Below, one piece after another: positions 7,912-15,048 of a stretch of 38,705 nucleotides of DNA. The notes below the pieces were generated by a model. The model saw only the letters and a list, made by a program, of their open reading frames with translations. It was not told the DNA's origin and searched no databases. Both the position numbers and the translations under genes were made by a program. The DNA lies in the IMG/VR virus record IMGVR_UViG_3300026189_000012, positions 1 to 38,705 of that record, one strand, 5' to 3'. The DNA is from a virus. Taxonomy: Duplodnaviria > Caudoviricetes. Position 1 is the first letter of the stretch; each line of letters starts with the position of its first letter.

Positions 7912-7930
7912 GGTTTGGTTGATTGCTTAT

Positions 7931-7962
7931 ACTACTGGTACAATCAGGAGCTGAGTAACTTT
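7931..7962 (-). repeat. 32-bp dispersed element, copy 5
   Basis: AAAGTTACTCAGCTCCTGATTGTACCAGTAGT|ATAAG. Confidence 0.95.
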
Positions 7963-7966
7963 GAAA

Positions 7967-8299
7967 TCAGACAGATTGCAGGTACTGATTGTAAAGAATG
8001 TCCTCAAACAAATATGCCTCTTCTTCTCGTATCTTATCATCAGTGATACCATTTTCGTTCTGCATCACATGCACAAGTTCATGCAACAATGTAATGGTAA
8101 AATCTTTCTCACTCAGATCATTGTGAATCTGAATGAATTGCTCATCACCATTCTCTTCAGTGAATCCAAAAGCATTGTCATCAGTCAGGTCAGTGTGAAA
8201 TACCTCAACATCTGACTTGACATCATACAACTCACGAAAGAAATCGTAGACCTTGAATGCGAGTTTTGTGTGTTGTGATTTGCCTGATACAAATAGCAT
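7967..8299 (-). CDS. Putative zinc metallopeptidase (HExxH)
   Basis: TLLHELVHVMQ plus downstream EEEAY third-ligand motif; GGAGG RBS. Confidence 0.75.
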   Translation of the reverse strand: MLFVSGKSQHTKLAFKVYDFFRELYDVKSDVEVFHTDLTDDNAFGFTEENGDEQFIQIHNDLSEKDFTITLLHELVHVMQNENGITDDKIREEEAYLFEDILYNQYLQSV

Positions 8300-8318
8300 C
8301 AGTTTCCTCCATTCTTAC

Positions 8319-8350
8319 ACTACTGGTACAATCAGGAGCTGAGTAACTTT
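8319..8350 (-). repeat. 32-bp dispersed element, copy 6
   Basis: AAAGTTACTCAGCTCCTGATTGTACCAGTAGT|GTAAG. Confidence 0.95.
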
Positions 8351-8351
8351 C

Positions 8352-9251
8352 TCAGGACCAACTTTTCTGAATGGTGAAGTTTGCACGAGAGAATGTGGGT
8401 CGGTCAACAACTTTGAACACACCATATTGGTTGCTGATGACATAACCTTCGTGTTGAGATTCTTCATCACCAATCTTACAATCAATCAGATCGTCTTCAG
8501 TGATGTACCAAAAGAGATCATCCTTCATAGTTGCAACCAACTTCCACAATCTGATGAGATTGATGTCACAATCGTTTTTTTGTGCAATTTCATTCTCGTC
8601 AACCTCATAACCATCACGGATGCAGTCGTTGATGGATTTTTTGATTTTTGTTGCTTGCTTGGCGTCCACAAACTCACATAGTGTGGACATTTGCTTGGCA
8701 AACAAACTCATATCGTACAGATCCTCACGATAAGGATGCAACTTGACTTCAGGTTGCACAATCTTACAGTACATCGTATCAGTGATTCTGAACTTTAAGG
8801 GGTGAGCAACAGCATCACGCAGATCCTTATCAGCAGTGTAATATGTGTGAGGAGCAATGATGATGTTCTCTCGGATTACCTCAGGGAACGTGTAAGTGAT
8901 CGTATTGGGGCAAAAAGTATCGTCACCGCCAAACCCAATAAAATCACCTTGAATAATCCCACCGACATCAGGAAGGTAATCAAGACAATGGTGTAATATG
9001 TCAGCAACAGACCCAGAATGATTCCGATCAATGTCAGTATGCGTTTCATTGATTTTGATTTTGATTTTGTTGAAGACAGATTTTGTCCCTACAAACTTGT
9101 TACCAGTTGCAGGGTTAATGCCCCACACAATCGCAGGAGCACCATCCATTTTGGTGCTGATGTGACTGTCTGGTGCAGCGAACCAATCGAGAACAGAGAG
9201 ATCACCAGTGAGAATGGCGTCCTCTGGATGTTGTAGATGTGTGTTCTTCAT
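8352..9251 (-). CDS. Ligase-like nucleotidyltransferase (KxDG superfamily; DUF6267-like)
   Basis: STKMDGAP (motif I), IIQGDF (III-like), HEGYVI (IV), VFKVV (V); ATG abuts copy 7. Confidence 0.65.
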   Translation of the reverse strand: MKNTHLQHPEDAILTGDLSVLDWFAAPDSHISTKMDGAPAIVWGINPATGNKFVGTKSVFNKIKIKINETHTDIDRNHSGSVADILHHCLDYLPDVGGIIQGDFIGFGGDDTFCPNTITYTFPEVIRENIIIAPHTYYTADKDLRDAVAHPLKFRITDTMYCKIVQPEVKLHPYREDLYDMSLFAKQMSTLCEFVDAKQATKIKKSINDCIRDGYEVDENEIAQKNDCDINLIRLWKLVATMKDDLFWYITEDDLIDCKIGDEESQHEGYVISNQYGVFKVVDRPTFSRANFTIQKSWS

Positions 9252-9283
9252 AATACTGGGACAATCAGGAGCTGAGTAACTTT
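9252..9283 (-). repeat. 32-bp dispersed element, copy 7
   Basis: AAAGTTACTCAGCTCCTGATTGTCCCAGTATT|ATG. Confidence 0.95.
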
Positions 9284-9322
9284 AATTGGTAGACAATCTC
9301 AAAAATCATAAACATTTAACTT

Positions 9323-9727
9323 TCACATGAACGATTCCAGTCCGACTTGTTTTCCAAAATAATAATCATATTCTAAGGCATTTGCACACACAAAGTGTGG
9401 ATGAGTGGTAGAAACTCCTACTTTTTTGCACATCTCCGCGTGATTATCTGGCATAAGTTCTACTGCATACAACATATTATCATTGATATGGGACAATGAA
9501 TGATATTTCAATAATTCTTTCTGCAATGCCAATAGAAAGTTCCCTGACCCTGCCGAGTTGTCAATAAAAGTGCTTTTTTCATTTTGTAGGATAGATTCTG
9601 GGATTTGTGATACCATCTCAGCACAAAGTTCTGCGGGTGTGAATACCTCACCTGTCATATCAATACGATCATCAGACCGCACAATCTCCGACCCTAAGTT
9701 TTTATTGTGCTGATTCTTTTTAGACAT
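9323..9727 (-). CDS. Stand-alone SAM-binding half of an N6-adenine DNA methyltransferase
   Basis: GEVFTP (motif X), FIDNSAGSGNFL (I), YAVEL (II), ANAL (III); ends without NPPY. Confidence 0.8.
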   Translation of the reverse strand: MSKKNQHNKNLGSEIVRSDDRIDMTGEVFTPAELCAEMVSQIPESILQNEKSTFIDNSAGSGNFLLALQKELLKYHSLSHINDNMLYAVELMPDNHAEMCKKVGVSTTHPHFVCANALEYDYYFGKQVGLESFM

Positions 9728-9777
9728 AAAAAAGAGACAGAATACTGCCTCAATGATAACATATTAGAGAGTAAAAT

Positions 9778-10227
9778 TCAAGCGCGAATCAGTGTGAGGA
9801 GAGCATCAAGTTTTGAATCGACAGAATCACAGAATCGCTCAGAATCAATCTCCTGCGCAACCTGAATCACAAGGTCGGTGAGATGGTATGATCCAGACTG
9901 ACCAGGTTTTGTGTTGTCAAGGTTTTCAAGCAAACATGCCTGGAACATAATGCTGTCACCAGTGTGCCTGCTATTAGGAAATTGCTGCTGAAATGCGTTA
10001 CGAACAAACAAGCGATTGTCGTTCTGAAGATATGCCTTGACAATGCAAGTAACCTCTTCACGGGTGTAGGGGATGCGACCAGCAGCAGCACGGGCAGACA
10101 AGAACCGACTCTGCTGAGTCTTGGTCAAACGGCGGTATGCTGCCTCACCAATGCGCTGACCCATCCTGTACTCTGTGCGACGACCCTTAACGGTGACAGA
10201 AAAGGGGCGGATGACTTGGAATTTCAT
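9778..10227 (-). CDS. Hypothetical protein (149 aa, MKFQVIRP...)
   Basis: Track ORF trimmed to the ATG downstream of its own promoter. Confidence 0.75.
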   Translation of the reverse strand: MKFQVIRPFSVTVKGRRTEYRMGQRIGEAAYRRLTKTQQSRFLSARAAAGRIPYTREEVTCIVKAYLQNDNRLFVRNAFQQQFPNSRHTGDSIMFQACLLENLDNTKPGQSGSYHLTDLVIQVAQEIDSERFCDSVDSKLDALLTLIRA

Positions 10228-10249
10228 AGTGGGTTCCGTTGACTCTTTA

Positions 10250-10309
10250 ATCATACATCGGGGCAGACCCTATAGCAAGGGGGGTGTGACACTTATTTTC
10301 TGTCACACC
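10250..10309 (-). promoter_or_regulatory. Early promoter TTGCTA-N17-TATGAT with upstream GGTGTGACA-N9-TGTCACACC dyad
   Basis: -10 at 10250-10255, -35 at 10273-10278, perfect 9-bp inverted repeat at 10283-10291/10301-10309. Confidence 0.75.
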
Positions 10310-11859
10310 ATATCGGGGATCATTTCAAAAATTCTGGCACTATTGCTAAATCCAGATTTTAACCCTTTCATCAGTGTCACAATCTCATCTGATTTTAGGT
10401 ACTCAATCAATCTCAGACTCTCCTCATCTGATTTTGTTTTTAGCATAATCATACTCTCACTTAAGCAGGTATCTGACTCCTTTACAGACATCTTATCAAA
10501 TCCCTCCCATCTTGAATTGTAGTTCATAATAACACCATACTCATTCAATCCGATTGTTGGTGTTGATAACGTATTGCGAATAATTGGTGTTTCACCTTTA
10601 CCCATAATCTCAACAATTCTCGTGCCATCATTGTCGTTGATTTGATGTCTGGGAATTTTGCCTCTCAAATAGCGGTACATCATGTTATCATCAACAGATG
10701 CAACATAATTTGGATTGTTCAACTTAATAACCGAATCTTTTGTCAAGAGCTTACTCACAACTGTACCATCCTCATAGGTGATAACAGTCTCACCACAATA
10801 CTTACAGTCCCAGTCAATAACACAAGTAACTGTGTTTTGAATAGTTGGGAACGTACTTTTATCTACATATGTAATCGACCTCAAGCGATTACCAGCAAAG
10901 AGTTGTTGTTTGAACTTAGAATTAACCTTACTAAGTTCTTTTGCACGAATGATCAGTTTGACTCTCTTACTAAGAGTCATACATTTAAGTGTAAACTTAT
11001 CATCTAAACTTTTACCACTACCACCAACGTCAGCACAATTAGTCTGAGATCTATCAGAGTATGGAGGATTGCCAAGACTTACATCAAAATACATATTTTC
11101 TATTTGGTTATCAGTGAGCAAGGTAACGACGTTCAGACCGGAACTGATTGCAATATCACCCTTAGGAAAATACTTATACGACTTTTCAGTATATAGATTG
11201 GTATATCCCTTAGAGATAAGATAATCACAAATCCGACCATGTGCATCTTTTGTCACATATATTTTAGCATCTTTTTTCACATATTTCAATATACCATCAC
11301 ACATATCCATCAGAAACTCTCTATTAGGAATGCGATATATTTCGTCCACTTTCTTCTTGTCCTTCCCTTCCTTTCTTACAGGACTCTTATCATATTTACG
11401 CTGAAAGTCTATGTAATAATCATCTTCTTTCTTCGCCTCTGTCATCATTTGAAGAATAGATTTATCCCAATCTTTCATGGTAGGGTGCATGATCATCTCA
11501 TGCGAACCATAACCAGGATAATCACTAAGTTCTTTTACCCACCCATACTTACGCATGAGTTGACGAATATCATTATCAGAGATGTCAGGATGTACGTCAA
11601 TATATTGTAAAAGTTCTGGTTTTTCTGGGCACTTACTATAATCCCTATCCCCCCATCTAACAAGAAACTTTCCTTTAACTATCCAACCACGAGCAGGATC
11701 TGTTTGCCCAATAAAGACAGCATATGGATAATCTCCACTCTCTGCTAATTTAATATATGCAGGAAACTGCATCATATAAATTCTATTATTCTTTCCTATT
11801 TCAGGAGGTCCAGAATAATCAGGATTTGTAATTTGAATCGTCTCTACTAAGGGATTCAT
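10303..11859 (-). CDS. N6-adenine methyltransferase-like protein (NPPY) with putative N-terminal GIY-YIG-like domain
   Basis: FDVSLGNPPYS (motif IV), TFPTIQNTVTCVI (VIII-like), C-terminal TRD-like region; N-terminal IY..IGQT..R..E pattern; no intact motif I. Confidence 0.65.
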   Translation of the reverse strand: MNPLVETIQITNPDYSGPPEIGKNNRIYMMQFPAYIKLAESGDYPYAVFIGQTDPARGWIVKGKFLVRWGDRDYSKCPEKPELLQYIDVHPDISDNDIRQLMRKYGWVKELSDYPGYGSHEMIMHPTMKDWDKSILQMMTEAKKEDDYYIDFQRKYDKSPVRKEGKDKKKVDEIYRIPNREFLMDMCDGILKYVKKDAKIYVTKDAHGRICDYLISKGYTNLYTEKSYKYFPKGDIAISSGLNVVTLLTDNQIENMYFDVSLGNPPYSDRSQTNCADVGGSGKSLDDKFTLKCMTLSKRVKLIIRAKELSKVNSKFKQQLFAGNRLRSITYVDKSTFPTIQNTVTCVIDWDCKYCGETVITYEDGTVVSKLLTKDSVIKLNNPNYVASVDDNMMYRYLRGKIPRHQINDNDGTRIVEIMGKGETPIIRNTLSTPTIGLNEYGVIMNYNSRWEGFDKMSVKESDTCLSESMIMLKTKSDEESLRLIEYLKSDEIVTLMKGLKSGFSNSARIFEMIPDMV

Positions 11860-11926
11860 ATTAAAGAAAGTAATTAGAAGGGTTTATATTGTGGGTTAGG
11901 GGTGTTGCTGTTAATTGGTTAATCTT

Positions 11927-12568
11927 TCATATGATAATACCGGGAGCAAATTTTTTCTCATATTCTAATAATAACTGAGGAGCAACAATTAAATTTGACT
12001 CTAATTTAAGAGTTCTATCTTTCCATGCACGTTCTGTACTGTAAGAATACAAATCTATGCCAGCAGAAATATATTGCTGGTCCGTAGTAACTTTAACAAT
12101 ATATTTTCCACGTCTGTTGTCAATGCCCTCCAAACTTAGTCGATTATTCTCCTTGTAAAAAACATCAATAGTAGAGCAACACATCACAAACCAGTTGCGA
12201 AATGTAGAGAAGTCACAAAAATTTTCATAGTTGTCCAACATGCAATGATATGTATTTTGTGGACGAAAGCAATGATCTTTCGTTGGTTTGTATTTCTTGT
12301 TTTCTTTTATTTTCTCAAATGCGGTTTTTGTAATCAATCCTGTTGGAATAGAGCAAGAATGAACTAGATCGTAAAAAGGTCTAGCGGTAGCCCTTACAAC
12401 ATCTTTGTCATTTCGATTATTCCGCCACCGACTAATGACAGAAGGATTCATAAAATCATCATAACAACGCTCTGCATAGATTTCAATCTTTTTTGCACTA
12501 GATGGTTTAATTTCAGATAACCTATCCAGTGCATGTTCCATTGTGATAATAGAATTTTGCATGATCAA
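11927..12568 (-). CDS. Hypothetical protein, possibly HNH/His-Me finger nuclease
   Basis: TKDHCFRPQ followed later by ENNRLS; abuts the helicase stop. Confidence 0.45.
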   Translation of the reverse strand: MIMQNSIITMEHALDRLSEIKPSSAKKIEIYAERCYDDFMNPSVISRWRNNRNDKDVVRATARPFYDLVHSCSIPTGLITKTAFEKIKENKKYKPTKDHCFRPQNTYHCMLDNYENFCDFSTFRNWFVMCCSTIDVFYKENNRLSLEGIDNRRGKYIVKVTTDQQYISAGIDLYSYSTERAWKDRTLKLESNLIVAPQLLLEYEKKFAPGIII

Positions 12569-13762
12569 TTAGCGGCGAATCTCAGAGATAGCAGGTTGAC
12601 CCTGATTGAATACGACATCAACAACTGCCTGAACCTTGCGAGCGGTGGAAATACCAACAGCATCGTAGGTTGGTACACAAACCAGTCCAAACGTCTTCTG
12701 ATCACCTCCTAGACGTATCACACGACCGATTGACTGACTGATGCCAATATAGTCCATGTTACGCATAAACACAACTGCCTCTAATCCATTGACATTGATA
12801 CCTTCAGACAGGATACTGTGGTGGATGCAGACAAACTTCTTGTCAGGATCACGACCCCAAGCGTTCAGCGTATCGAAGAACTTCTCACGGTCAACCTTCT
12901 CACCATCAACGATTGCACCAGTCTTGGATGTGATTGTCATCCAAGAATAACCACGTTGAGCGAGTTCAGTACAGAACTGTGACTGAGAGATAAGATTGAT
13001 AATCTGTTGAGTTGTGCGAGCACAGATCAGAGTCTTGCTGATGTTGTTGTCATCAATCGTTTCCAACAGATTATCACAGTCATCAGCAAATACAACCTTA
13101 CGACCTTTGATCATAGGCAACTTCTTAACTACAACTTTGGGAGGAAGAATGTATCCACCCTCAACCAACTCAGGAGCAGGAACATTGACCAGCACCTGAC
13201 CATAAACAGAACCATCATTCATGCCTGGTTTAGATACAGTCAGACTGTGCTTTGGTGTCGCAGTAAAGAAGTAGCAACGGTCAGATTCATTGCTGAAGTA
13301 TTCAGTTGCAGGGAAGAAGTTGCGTTTGACGCTGTTATGTGCCTCGTCAAAGTATATGTTGTTGACTTCAATATCTGCCTGACGAATACGATCAAGAGAA
13401 TTATATGTGGTGAAGATAATCAGGTTCTCACCAGCAGTGCGAGCACAGTTGGCAAACAGTGCAATCTTTTCTGGTTTAGTTGTGCTGAAGTGATGAGTTT
13501 CACCACTGTGAACGTGCATGATATGAGTATAAGAACAATCAATCAGTTCCATAAACTCACTGCAAAGTTGCTCTGCAAGGAGAATACGAGGAGCAACAAC
13601 AACAGTGGTAATACCAGACTGACTGTTGTTCTGCTGATTGATAGTGTCCTGAATCATACAGATGGTTTTACCACCGCCTGTGGGAACAATCACTTGACCC
13701 TTGTCGTATGCTGCAAGACGGTCCAGAACACGTTGCTGATGCGGTCGAAGGGTAACAGTCAC
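12569..13762 (-). CDS. SF2 DEAH-box helicase (ResIII-like)
   Basis: LRPHQ, PTGGGKT, FDEAH, FTATP, LSEGIN, QSIGRVIR. GTG at 13762 preferred because it follows its own promoter; the frame is open to 13837. Confidence 0.9.
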   Translation of the reverse strand: MTVTLRPHQQRVLDRLAAYDKGQVIVPTGGGKTICMIQDTINQQNNSQSGITTVVVAPRILLAEQLCSEFMELIDCSYTHIMHVHSGETHHFSTTKPEKIALFANCARTAGENLIIFTTYNSLDRIRQADIEVNNIYFDEAHNSVKRNFFPATEYFSNESDRCYFFTATPKHSLTVSKPGMNDGSVYGQVLVNVPAPELVEGGYILPPKVVVKKLPMIKGRKVVFADDCDNLLETIDDNNISKTLICARTTQQIINLISQSQFCTELAQRGYSWMTITSKTGAIVDGEKVDREKFFDTLNAWGRDPDKKFVCIHHSILSEGINVNGLEAVVFMRNMDYIGISQSIGRVIRLGGDQKTFGLVCVPTYDAVGISTARKVQAVVDVVFNQGQPAISEIRR

Positions 13763-13788
13763 GAAATAGGGGATGAATACCTGTGGAC

Positions 13789-13817
13789 AGTATAACACAC
13801 CTTGGAGCGCCTTGCAA
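13789..13817 (-). promoter_or_regulatory. sigma70-type promoter TTGCAA-N17-TATACT
   Basis: -35 at 13812-13817, -10 at 13789-13794. Confidence 0.65.
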
Positions 13818-13837
13818 GACCCTCTCAAGATGTTCAC

Positions 13838-13869
13838 ACAACTGGTACGATCAACAGCTGAGTAACTTT
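13838..13869 (-). repeat. 32-bp dispersed element, copy 8
   Basis: AAAGTTACTCAGCTGTTGATCGTACCAGTTGT|GTG; upstream TAA overlaps its first A. Confidence 0.95.
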
Positions 13870-14486
13870 TATGATCCCGATTTTGCTGCCTTATGTGCTA
13901 ATCCCAGCAGTCTGGTTCTTTCTGCTCCCTTTGGTGCTCTTCCATGAGTATCTGTAAATCCTTTAATCAATTCTGCTTTCTTTGCTTTCAGCTTAGCACT
14001 TCTATCTTTGTTTCTTGCTGATGCTCTCTCCTGTGGAGTCATGCCACCACCACCTTCATGTTTCCACTTACGATTAGTTCTTGATGGTTCTTTCTTGACT
14101 GTGGTTGACTTCGTTGACAATAGTTTTGTCGCTGCTTTTTCCTTGTCCTTAGAACTTCCTGATGAAGTTCCACCTTTCTCTCTTGCCTTTCTCTCCAAAT
14201 ATGCCTTGCGTTGTGCTTCCTTTGGACTCAGAGCTGCACTACCTCTTTCTTTTGTTGGTTGCTGTTGTGTTTGTGATTTTGGTTTCTGTTGCCCAGCATC
14301 TTTACGTCTTGCTGGTGATTTAGCAGGTTCCATCTTACCACCACCAACTGCCTTCATTCTGCGGGTCATTGATGCTGGTTGCTTACGATCTTTGCCAATA
14401 GTTTCGCCACCAGTTTTACGAATTTGTGAAGAACCCATGACATCCTTGTCATATACTTCAGTCATAAACTGCACGAATGTCTTCAT
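13869..14486 (-). CDS. Basic low-complexity protein, putative internal head protein
   Basis: N-terminus MKTFVQFMTE resembles the T4 internal-protein capsid-targeting sequence (MKTYQEFIAE-type); late promoter upstream; very Lys/Arg-rich. Confidence 0.65.
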   Translation of the reverse strand: MKTFVQFMTEVYDKDVMGSSQIRKTGGETIGKDRKQPASMTRRMKAVGGGKMEPAKSPARRKDAGQQKPKSQTQQQPTKERGSAALSPKEAQRKAYLERKAREKGGTSSGSSKDKEKAATKLLSTKSTTVKKEPSRTNRKWKHEGGGGMTPQERASARNKDRSAKLKAKKAELIKGFTDTHGRAPKGAERTRLLGLAHKAAKSGS

Positions 14487-14495
14487 TCTGCCTAC

Positions 14496-14531
14496 AAAAA
14501 AATCTCCTACTATTTAGAATAGTAGGAGATT
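14496..14531 (-). terminator. Intrinsic terminator (14-bp perfect stem) with embedded late promoter TCTAAATA
   Basis: AATCTCCTACTATT-tag-AATAGTAGGAGATT (14501-14531), followed by a T-run on minus; TCTAAATA at 14511-14518. Confidence 0.75.
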
Positions 14532-14628
14532 GGAGTGGGTGTTGCATCAACTTGACTTAATCTTTTACACCACTTCATGGTCTCTGCTTCTAGGTCAGAG
14601 TAGTGGAAACCCCGATGTTTATATTATA

Positions 14629-14850
14629 TCACTCTTCTTCTTGCTGTTCTACCTTCTCCTTTACAATACGTGGACCTTTGAATACACGATCTGCTTCATA
14701 AAAGAAACTAACTCGTTCACGACGTGCTTGCAGTAGCATATCATATTGAAGTTGTTGATCTTTTGTGAATCGAAAGTCTTGACGACGCCAAGTCTCTTTC
14801 AGTTCATTCAAGTGTGGCAGCACGTTGACAGTTTCAGTAGGAAAGTTCAT
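14629..14850 (-). CDS. Hypothetical protein (73 aa, MNFPTETVNVLPHL...)
   Basis: Track ORF trimmed to the ATG right after the upstream stop. Confidence 0.7.
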   Translation of the reverse strand: MNFPTETVNVLPHLNELKETWRRQDFRFTKDQQLQYDMLLQARRERVSFFYEADRVFKGPRIVKEKVEQQEEE

Positions 14851-14851
14851 T

Positions 14852-14989
14852 TCAGTAGTCAATGTTAGAGTTGAGATAGTCTTTGATGTCAAACTTTTCC
14901 TCATCTTCGATAAGATCAGCAAGATCTTTTTCGATGTAGTCAAAGTTTACCAGTTCTTCGACTTGTTGTTCGGTCAAATAAGAATTCAT
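14852..14989 (-). CDS. Small acidic hypothetical protein (45 aa)
   Basis: Manual ORF MNSYLTEQQVEELVNF..., first gene after copy 9. Confidence 0.65.
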   Translation of the reverse strand: MNSYLTEQQVEELVNFDYIEKDLADLIEDEEKFDIKDYLNSNIDY

Positions 14990-15004
14990 GTGGTACGCGA
15001 TTAC

Positions 15005-15036
15005 AGTAATAGGACAATCAGGAGCTGAGTAACTTT
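15005..15036 (-). repeat. 32-bp dispersed element, copy 9
   Basis: AAAGTTACTCAGCTCCTGATTGTCCTATTACT|GTAAT. Confidence 0.93.
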
Positions 15037-15048
15037 TATTCAGTCAAA

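Noticed and set aside
9323-9727. Truncated methyltransferase pseudogene
   Set aside because: Clean ORF with intact motifs, no downstream remnant, and complementary motifs in a nearby gene
13007-14517. Plus-strand ORFs 13007..13795 and 14008..14517
   Set aside because: Lie opposite well-supported minus-strand genes; no recognisable motifs
3545-15036. 32-bp repeats as a CRISPR array
   Set aside because: Intervals range from ~0.36 to 4.6 kb and contain whole genes; no cas genes
3545-15036. Repeats as integron attC sites or NtcA/LexA boxes
   Set aside because: No RYYYAAC...GTTRRRY long hairpin and no integrase; spacing fits neither GTA-N8-TAC nor the cyanobacterial LexA box
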